Positions 44,285-53,643 of a DNA stretch of 64,000 bases are shown here, in pieces. The stretch is taken from assembly GCA_024704765.1 (NCBI GenBank), contig JAKMXF010000335.1, forward strand, positions 186,001 through 250,000, given 5' to 3'. Within the stretch, counting starts at the first letter, position 1. Every line of letters begins with the position of its first letter. The stretch comes from Oopsacas minuta. Taxonomy: Eukaryota; Animalia; Porifera. The notes under the pieces were generated by a model. That model searched no databases. It had not been told where the DNA came from and saw nothing but the letters and a program-made list of their open reading frames with translations. A program made the translations under genes and the position numbers.

Positions 44285-47200
44285 ATGGATCTCAGTCGCA
44301 TAACAGAGCTAGGTCTAGGTATAGGCCTAGAGGGAGGAGTGGGAGCACTGCCAGTAGCTAGTGAAGAGAACAAACAGCTACGCGCTGAGGTGCTAGAACA
44401 GTCTAGAGAGCTGAGTACTCTACGTAGAGACACACGGACACAGAAAGATCGCGGTAGATTGTTACAGGAGCATTTAGCTCTGATACGACAGGAATTACAG
44501 CATACACAGGGACTGTTAACTGCTAGAGAAAGGGTAATTACTATATCCGTACAGTCAAGTCCCGTTATATTGAAGCTCAAGGGACCTCGATAATTAGTTC
44601 GATATTAGTGTGAAAATTATGCCACTTTGACGGTTTGGGGCCATATTTGTACAATTTTAAACTGTTCGATCGAATTTCATAATTGTACAAATAAAATCAA
44701 AGTCAAAATATTCCATCGCTTATTTCGAAGTAATTATAATCATCGCGGTTCCATGAGCTTCGACATAACAGGAGTTGACTGTACTCGATATGACCTCATT
44801 CCTAATGCATTTAGGTCAAAGAAGGAGAGCAGCACATGCGATTACTAGCAGAGCGGGAGATAAGTAGGCTATCAGGTGATCATAAGAGAATAGAGGGAGA
44901 ATACAGTTCTATAAATGAACGGTTAGCACAGCTTGAATCAGCTGTCTATAAAGACAAATCTAAACTGCAGCAGATATCTGAAGAAATTAATTGGGATCAA
45001 CAAACACGGAATGAATGGCTTAAGAAACAGAGCAAAGAAGAGGATGACGTAATCACTATTGAGAAGTATTCTAGACAGGATGAGGCTAGGATTAAAACTC
45101 TATCTCTTGAGATGGAGAAATTGGAAGGAGAGTGCAGGGCGAGTAGGAAACAGCTGGAGGATGAAGTCACTGATACAATTAGTAAGTATAATAAGCCCAT
45201 TAATTGGGCTATTTTTGTGGTAACGGATAATATATATTTTTCGGGTAATCGGTTCAACTACCATTATCTAGGAATTCTATCTATTTATTTTTCACTCTGT
45301 TACCAGAAGTTCCCCGTTTCCTCTAGGTAACCAGATAGCACTTGACAAAGTAGCTGAAGAATACAGAGATACTCATAAGGAAAGAGAAGAGCTGTTGAAA
45401 CAATGGGAAGCTATTCTAGACCAGATGAAGAGAAGAGATGGATCTATAGAACTGACAGCTAAGGAACTAGAGAGCGTTAAAACTACTATATCTGAGCAAG
45501 AGAATGCGTTAGATCAGAAGAAACAGTTTTTATTGAATGAAGAAGGTTAGAAATTATATCTACCGATGTAGGACACTGTTAATATTGTTTTAGTTCCACC
45601 GCCCGCATCAAGTTTACCTGCTACATGAATATTCTCACTCATTTTATGAGTGACATTCAGCTACACAATATATTTACTAACTAACGGGTGAATAGTAGTG
45701 ATTTTATCTTCACAGATCTCCTTTAACACGCTTAATTAACATATTTAGAAGTAGAATCATTGAAATATTTCCATGAATTGGACACTTATGATAACGTCAT
45801 AAAATAATGAAATGCCGCCCACTCACATGCATAGATGGACATCATGTAGAGCTGAAACAGGTTTCTCATTAACAGGACTTTATTTACATTTCTATACAAC
45901 TCAGGTAATAACGAAGAACTTGAGAAGAAACATAACATAACAGAGAGATTGGTAGCTAAACAGAGACTGGAGTATAATGAAGCTGAATCTTCTCGTCTAC
46001 AATTTCGAGATGAGTTAGAAACGCTAAAATATACAGTAGATAGAACAGCAGCTGATCTTGAGACACTACGCGGTTAGTTAATAGTTCGTTAGATCTACTT
46101 GACTTACAGTAGAACCGCGTAGTACGAATTTCCGAATAATACGAACAATAGTTATTCAATTTGTATCACTCTAGTTAATCTGTACTCCGGTTAAGAAGTA
46201 CACATTTCGAAGGTCCGTCCGTGTATATATTAACGAGGTTCTAGTGTATTTGGTATAAACATAAGTTCGTAACCATTATAGGAGAATGTAACCATCTGAA
46301 CAGAAACGGTAAGGAACAGACACAAAAACTAACAGAAATGCAAGGTACAGTCGTAGCCCTGAGAGAGCAATTATCTAAATCTACATATTCTACACTAAGC
46401 AGTGAAGAGAGAGCTCAGAAGCTTGAATCTATACTCAAGCAGGAGGAGAATGAGATTATGGAGTCTAATAGGAAATCAGATTTATTGAGAGATAAGGAAT
46501 TTAAGATTATACAGCAAGTACAGGTTAGTTAAGCCATTAAGCCAGGTTTGACGTATTTTACAAGCAGTTCTCACCCTGCGGACTCCTTAATGGTCCACGG
46601 ACTACAGTAATGTGTCTACAGAATGTGTTGCCGAATTCTCGTGACGAAATTTCTTAGAGAGCATTTTGTCTGTATGTTATATACCTTGTGTTAGGAAGTG
46701 AAAGAGAAGGAAGCTACAATGCTAGGAGAGGAACAAGGATACAGAGCTGCGCATAGGAATTTAACTTCTAATCTACAAAAGTTGGATAAACAATCTTTGC
46801 AACAACAAGAGTTGATTTATACACAAGATTACCAGGTAACTGATTCATAAAACATTATATCTAAGCTCAAGAGATCGTGATAATTACTTCATGTAATGGA
46901 TGAAATGTGTTACTTTGACGATTTGGAACCATATTTGTACAATTGAAGACTTCTATGAGCGCTATTTTGATATATCTGTTTTCGATATAACCGGAATTGA
47001 TTGTACGTATATACACTCTTTACCGTTAGAGCTATTTCGGTCTTTACTCATCATTTGTTCCATTATTTTATCACAACAACAATATAGATAGTACAGTTAG
47101 AGAAACGATTAGGAAGACTTGAAGGAGAGACAAGTGCTGAAGAGAAGAAAGCTCTTCAAGATAAGATAACAGAGTTAAATGAAAGGAAAGACTATGAAGA

Positions 47201-49145
47201 TAAACAAGAATTACTCCTTACTAACCAGCTTAAACGTCTAGAAGATGAGCTGAGGAGGGTAGGGAGAGAGGACAGTAAGAACAGGGAAGAAGAAGCTGAT
47301 CTCCAGGGGAAGATAGATGAGGTAACATTATACCTAGACAGTACACAGAGACTGATTAAGAAAGTTACAAGAGAAAAGTTAGTCGTTATACTATCTTAAA
47401 ATTTCTGGATTTTCTGTTTATTTTCGTTTACTTTGTTTCTTTTCATGATATTTATATACTTCATAATATTTCATAGACAAGAATCGATGGTAGATAGAAA
47501 CTTGCTTAAGCTTCAAGTACGTAAGTTAAGAGATTCTCTATTCACGCGAGCAGATGAAGTCTACTCTCTGGAAAAGAGAAAGTTAGAGCTGATTACTGCT
47601 ATGACAGAGAGATCTAAGGAAATTGATTTGTTTAAGGAAATGATAGAAGCACAGATACGAAGTAGTGCCAACGATAAACAAAAAGTAAGAGAAATTGGGC
47701 AAACTCTCTCGATGGGTTTGCCCCTTAAAATCAGTGTTTCGCGCAAAATTTGCTGATGAATTACTCCCAAGCCATTTCAACGATTTCCCCAGGATAATCC
47801 AGCGATGCCTGAAGGTTTGGTATAATCTATTTTGAATTAATATTAGGTAAACTTTGAACTACACCAGAGACTAGCACAGATAGACAAACTACAAAAACGC
47901 TATGAAATAGTCTCTTTGTCACTAGCACCCCCCGAGGGAGAGGAAGTACACTCACAAGCTTATTACGTCATCAAGGCTGCACAGGAACGAGAAGAGTTAC
48001 AACGAGAAGGTGATGAGCTTGATGCTAAAATAAGAAAAGCTGAGAGGGAAATACGAGCACTTGAAAATACACTTGGATTGATTTTTGATAGAAATGAATC
48101 ATTCAGGCAAGGTTTTACAAATATCGGAAATATCGAGAAATAGCGGAAATATCGAGAAATAGCGGAAATATCGGAAAATATCGGAAATATCGAGAAATAT
48201 CGAGAAATATCGAGAAATATCGGAAATATCGGAAATATCGGAAATATCGGGTAATTTTCTGATATTTTTCAAAAATATCGCAGTAATATTTTTGAGAATT
48301 TTCGATATTTTTCATTATTGTTTCCAACCCAATATATCGATGTCATTCTTTGGTACAGGAAAAGTCTACTTCGCGCAGACAATAAGAGCGAATTATCAAA
48401 TGAAAGATCTATCCTTGAGAAACAGTTAAATTCAACTTTAGACAAATCTCGCTTTAAAGAAAGACAGAAGAGGGAACTTCTTGGTGACCTCGGGCATATG
48501 GAGAATAGATTACGTGATATGTTATCTGATGAACACTCCGTCGCTAATGTAATCGAGAAAAAACGTATTTCAGTTGAACAGACAAATAAATCTATTACAG
48601 AGCAAAAAGAAAAAGTTGACAGATCTCTCAAACAGTTAACTAAGGCCTATCGTGAGCTTAAAGGGAAATGCGACGCGAATAAAGTCAGTAATATTGAGAA
48701 AGACATTGCATTACGAGATCTACGTGATTTGAACGTTGCATCTGTGCAAGAAATGGTACAAGTCAGTGAGAAAGATTTATCAATGTTGGATAGTTTACAT
48801 ACTATCTTCTCACAAGTTGGTTTGCCGACTGTACAGTCTACTCTGACAAGCAGACCTGGTTCACAAGTATCACTCGGTTCTTCACGTCATACGTCACGTG
48901 TTCCATCATGTGTACCATCAGCTGTTTCATCAGCTGTTACTATGGGTGAGAAAGAAACTGGTCAGGTTGTAGCTACTAAAACAGTTGAGATAGGACTTGA
49001 TTTACCATCCGAGCCAGGGTCTAGGAAAAGCAGTGCAGACAGTTACAAACGTTCCGCTCAAAGTTCCAGGGTTCCGTCTGTAGCTTCTAGTCGCGCATCT
49101 TCCAGTCGTAAATCCCAGACAAAGATCGAGATTATTCTATCTTAG
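44285..49145 (+). CDS. CCDC39: Coiled-coil domain-containing protein 39 (axonemal 96-nm ruler), multi-exon
   Basis: [120 protein letters not shown] all match CCDC39 motifs. Confidence 0.93.
44552..44781. mobile_element. MITE family A fold-back derivative (two left arms in inverted orientation) in CCDC39 intron 1
   Basis: TA|cagtcaagtcccgttatattgaagctcaagggacctcgata ... atttgtacaatt ... aattgtacaaat ... tcatcgcggttccatgagcttcgacataacaggagttgactg|TA. Confidence 0.85.
45569..45861 (-). repeat. ~290-bp repeat (family H), copy 1, in a CCDC39 intron; inverted relative to copy 2
   Basis: Reverse complement matches 51817-52118 almost base for base (e.g. ttatgacgttatcataagtgtccaattcatggaaatatttcaatgattctacttctaaatatg...). 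Confidence 0.92.
46855..47003 (+). mobile_element. MITE family A copy (left TIR lost) in a CCDC39 intron
   Basis: ttatatctaagctcaagagatcgtgataattacttc ... gacgatttggaaccatatttgtac ... ccggaattgattg|TA. Confidence 0.8.
48119..48250 (+). repeat. 9/10-bp minisatellite (aaatatcgg / aaatatcgag / aaatagcgg) in a CCDC39 intron
   Basis: About 14 directly abutting units visible. Confidence 0.95.
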
Positions 49146-49896
49146 CACATAACTATCACACAACCCGATCACTATGATAAGTAAATTCCATAAATGAACA
49201 CACTAGTATTGTATCTCTATTTAATCTCTCAATAATTCATTACACAGTGTATTTCATTGTTTATTGTGAAGATAGGGGTCGTACAAACATTACGCTTCCA
49301 GGATGGAAAAGTGGGTCTGATTTCTAGAAATTGCGTTTTCACAAATTCTGTGGACCCCAGGTTAGGAATCGCTGTCATGCCGTAGAGATTAAAACTTGTG
49401 GATTTGACCTCTGAAATTTTGAACTTATCTTGGGGTTATAAGCATCTTTCAAAATCTGCAATGACACACACCATATGCTCTATTGTATGGAATGATTACT
49501 GCCATACGTACGTAGTTAATTGTGCTCTTAACCTCATGCACGTATACACACAGATTCATATAATATTATATTCTTTATACTCAGATATATATTCTAACCA
49601 AATCTTAACAGAAATCTATTATTTCTATAGAATACTGCACGTTGTACGTTTAAATAGGATTCTCAATGGGGTGATAGTCAATTAATACTTACGTAATGTT
49701 TTTATTAGTCTTGTAATATGGCATTTGGTATATGGCTTGAGTTGTGAGTTATGAAATATATGTACGCAGCTTTATAACGTTTATCACGCATAAAAACTGA
49801 AGTACAATCATTCAAATGACTCATCACGAGTATAATTGAATATCTAATATAAATAATACGCAAAAATTATCATTTTTCAACCAATAATTCTGCAAA

Positions 49897-51201
49897 ATGG
49901 CCAAATTTAGCCAAAAACCAATTAGAGTATTCGTTACATGCTCAATCGCACTTTTAACATTTGGATTATCACTTTTCATCGATTCCTATACTTCCCCCAT
50001 AGAAGATGAAATATTATCAGATGGCATTCTCTCTGAAAATATGTACCCTGTATTTGCATCAATGCTTAGTCTAGGAGGGTTAATTGGTGCAGTATTTGCC
50101 GGTCCTATCACGGAATGTTTTGGCATAAAATCCGCGATAATATTCGTGTCTCCGTTAGCGGCAATCGGTGGATTTGGGTGTATCGTTGCTAGTAGCCCAA
50201 TAGTGCTTGTATTCGGGCGAATGTTAATTGGTATGCAAATAGGGGTCGTGAATTCAACTGTACCCATTTACATCTCTGAAATTTCTTCTTCGAAACGGAA
50301 ATTGTATGGATCTGTTCTAGGGCTTGGTCTAAGGATGGGAACATTTATAGCTTATACTATCGGTCTCTGGCTGGGTTTCCGTTGGATTGTTGTATTCTAT
50401 CTATCTTGTCTGTTCGTGTTAACTTTCCTGCTAAGCTACCAGCCAGATAGCCCGCACTGGCTTCATTCAAAAGGCTACACACAGAGTGCAATTAGAGCTA
50501 CAGCATATTTACATGAATGCTATGAGGATCTTGATTGTAAATTTCCTGAAAAGGAAACACACAAATCTATGGCGAGTTTCATGCGTGGATTTTTTGCATT
50601 ACCCGTAATTAGACCTTTGATAATATGCTGTTCTATACAAATATTTAAAGAGTCATCCGCCCAGCAATTGTTACTATTATACGCGGCACATACACTTGAA
50701 GCAGGTGTCAGTATTAATCCACAATTCGCAGCAATTTTTAACATACTTTCACAGGTTTTTGGCAGTATAATATTCCTATGGGTAATACAGAAAATCCATT
50801 GGAAGAAGTTGGTTATTTTAACTACGATTTTTCAAGCAATTTGCAATGCATTACTGGCGGTGACTTTGTATTTGTCAATTGACGAGCTACGGTGCACACA
50901 TTCGGTATATACGTCATGTTTCTGTGGTGTACTAATGTATGCACCACTTATTATTACGAGCGTAATGTCATTTGCTTATGGGATCGGTTGGGGATCTATT
51001 GTATGGTGGTTGTACGGAGAAATCCTTGATAAACGATATGCACGTGTTTGTGCGGGAATCGCGACTTTTTGCACGTATCTAGCTTCGTTTCTTAATCAGT
51101 TATTTGCTCCTATTTTGGTTAATTACGCTGGATCTGCTGTTGTGTTCTTTGGATATTCATGTTGTTGTGTTTTAGCTTTAGTTTTTCAGTATTTTTATTA
51201 G
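49897..51201 (+). CDS. MFS sugar porter (SLC2/GLUT6-8/Tret1-like), single exon, 434 aa
   Basis: About 12 hydrophobic segments; FASMLSLGGLIGAVFAG, GRMLIGMQIG, VPIYISEISS, PDSPHWL (PESPRWL-like), AYGIGWGSIVWWLYGEI. Confidence 0.88.
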   Translation: MAKFSQKPIRVFVTCSIALLTFGLSLFIDSYTSPIEDEILSDGILSENMYPVFASMLSLGGLIGAVFAGPITECFGIKSAIIFVSPLAAIGGFGCIVASSPIVLVFGRMLIGMQIGVVNSTVPIYISEISSSKRKLYGSVLGLGLRMGTFIAYTIGLWLGFRWIVVFYLSCLFVLTFLLSYQPDSPHWLHSKGYTQSAIRATAYLHECYEDLDCKFPEKETHKSMASFMRGFFALPVIRPLIICCSIQIFKESSAQQLLLLYAAHTLEAGVSINPQFAAIFNILSQVFGSIIFLWVIQKIHWKKLVILTTIFQAICNALLAVTLYLSIDELRCTHSVYTSCFCGVLMYAPLIITSVMSFAYGIGWGSIVWWLYGEILDKRYARVCAGIATFCTYLASFLNQLFAPILVNYAGSAVVFFGYSCCCVLALVFQYFY

Positions 51202-51816
51202 TTAAACTTTGTTATAAATTTGTTATTCTTTGCTAGATATTTATTGATAGTTTATTAAATGAATATTCGAAGTTCCCTTCTTAATTGCGATATGAATAGC
51301 AAATGCAATAGCTACGGTTAAAAGGACAGTTTGCAGGAAGTAAACTGTCCTCAACACGTAGAGATTAATTACTGCCAACACTCCCGGGATTTACAAGAAA
51401 TCCAGGGAAGTTTTGCGAATTTATATGCTTTTTCCCAATTAATTCCATAAATGGCCATTTTTGGATGTAAAACTTAGTATTTTTTGGAAATCCCGGAAAG
51501 GTGTAGTTGATGGGAAATACAATATTTAGCTGATATTCAATATATTCATATCCTCGACTTAAGTTCATTGTACAATTTTCTGCACCAGAAACACCAAATA
51601 TTTTAATAAATATAATATTTACACATACACAGACAAGCAACACTCTAATTGCTAAAACGTAATCTCATAGTGATAGCTCTTATCCATGTGGCATATTCTA
51701 TGAAACCACTAACTAAATCCAATTGATTATATAATAGGCTAATAGTGGCCTCTACTGCCAGATTTATCGTAGTTTTTTATCCAAATTTCCGTTTGTTGAG
51801 AATATATAATTATGTC

Positions 51817-52118
51817 CCTGTTTCAGCTCTACATGATATCCATCTAAGCATGTGAGTGGGCGGCATTTATATCTTATATTTTATGACGTTATCATAAGTG
51901 TCCAATTCATGGAAATATTTCAATGATTCTACTTCTAAATATGTTAATTAAGCGTGTTAAAGGAGATCTGTGAAGATAAAATCACTACTATTCACCCGTT
52001 AGTTAGTAAATATATTGTGTAGCTGAATGTCACTCATAAAATGTTTACAATATTCATGTAGCAGGTAACTTGATGCGGGCGGTGGAGCTGAAACTAGTTC
52101 CCAACTAACAGTGGCCTA
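51817..52118 (+). repeat. ~300-bp repeat (family H), copy 2, just upstream of NDUFS6
   Basis: Inverted near-identical partner of 45569-45861; internal short inverted ends gtttcagctctac / gtggagctgaaac. Confidence 0.92.
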
Positions 52119-52166
52119 ATACGTTATTTTTTAATGTTTATTATTGGTGGCTATATTTCTGTTAGT

Positions 52167-52547
52167 ATGTTTAGATTATTGGTGTCTAAACCGTATTTTG
52201 GAGTTGCGAACAGACATTCCATTGTTACAGCCAGGAAACTAAGCAAATCATTCCCTGAAGACACACAAACTCACACTGGTCAGAGATGGGATCGTAAAGA
52301 TACCAGACTGACTAGATTTATCGATAAAGGAAAAGAAATAAACACTCGTTTCGCCATAAACCTTCTCTCTGAGGAGCCAGTTGCGATTATCAATGATACC
52401 CACGTATATTGTGGTGGGGAACTTGGCGCATTAGGTCATCCAAAGGTTTACATAAATCTTGATAAACCACACATACAATCGTGTGGATATTGTGGTAAGA
52501 CTTTTGTAGCCAAACAATTCAAAGAATTGGCTACTTCTAAATCTTGA
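52167..52547 (+). CDS. NDUFS6: Complex I subunit NDUFS6 (13 kDa-A, Zn finger), single exon
   Basis: Mitochondrial presequence-like N-terminus; THTGQRWDRKDTRLTRF..KEINTRFAINL; CGGELGALGHPKVYINLDK..SCGYCG. Confidence 0.95.
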   Translation: MFRLLVSKPYFGVANRHSIVTARKLSKSFPEDTQTHTGQRWDRKDTRLTRFIDKGKEINTRFAINLLSEEPVAIINDTHVYCGGELGALGHPKVYINLDKPHIQSCGYCGKTFVAKQFKELATSKS

Positions 52548-53643
52548 TTTCATGCTGTGACGTAATAATATGTGAGTTAACCAAATACATACAACCTATA
52601 CATGTTACTTATGTCGATTATACAGAATTGTCTCGCGTTATTACGATTTAATGTATTCTGGTTTTGAAAGATACCAATTTTAATGTAGGCTGCACTTACC
52701 GACCCATTTTTGCATGTATACAAGAGGTTTGTCGGTCTATTTGTTCCAGTTCAAAGTTCACTTGGTCCACAGTCAAAATTCGATGGCCCCATCGATTTGA
52801 TAGTGATTAGTTTACACATTTTTACATATCACACTTACCCGAAATTATACCTACATAATCCAATCTCTATGCTACATAAATTCATACAAATTCTTGTCTA
52901 TTCATTTTATAGGTTTACTAGTTTGATAAGAATTTCGTTATCTATATTATTGCGATTATCCTATCTTAGTAGTGATAATAAATCTGTAATTTGTCTACTG
53001 CCCACTAGCTTATGGTATGTTCAACGTTGTTGCTTCAATGTGCATTTATTCGTCTTTCAATCATTCTCTTGTAGATATGAAATAGAGGAATAGTTATACA
53101 CTCATTTTACTGGTTTGAGATAGACACAATTTTGGTATATATAAATGTGTATAGGGAGATACTTTTCAGAAGCTTTCTGAAAATTATAGTGTACAGTGCA
53201 GTGCGATCCGACAAAGCTAAAATTGTTTCTATACAAGTCGAAATAAGTAAAACGAGGGGAAATGATATTCTTTAGAAACGAATTTACCGCTATTACTGGA
53301 CATTATGCATTTATGGGAGTCATTATATCAAGGTTACTAGGTTGCTATACATGGCTTATCGTAGTATATATGGAACATATATGGAGCAATAGCAGCATTT
53401 CTCCCAAACAGGCAATTTACCTAATTCCTAACAGAGCATATAATTCAGTAGTAGGAAATATTTCAATTTCAAACCATTACAGTGTAACCGCCATAACCCC
53501 GGGGTACCAGGGAAGCCGAAATGCTACCCTGTTTCCCTGTTTATGGAGATTCATTTATATGGGACTAGGAATCACTCTAATTACTTCTCACTGCATATCC
53601 ACACATTAAATGTCAATAAATTTTGTAAAAGTAGTTATTTCTG

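Noticed and set aside
44170-44580. 136-aa minus-strand ORF
   Set aside because: Antisense to CCDC39 exon 1 and begins inside MITE A.
44534-44814. Idea that the MITEs themselves create introns (introner-like)
   Set aside because: In this and other introns the splice sites lie outside the element ends, with unrelated flanking intron sequence, so the MITEs inserted into existing introns.
48119-48250. Regular repeat array considered as CRISPR-like
   Set aside because: Units of 9-10 bp abut directly with no unique spacers, in a eukaryotic intron; it is a minisatellite.
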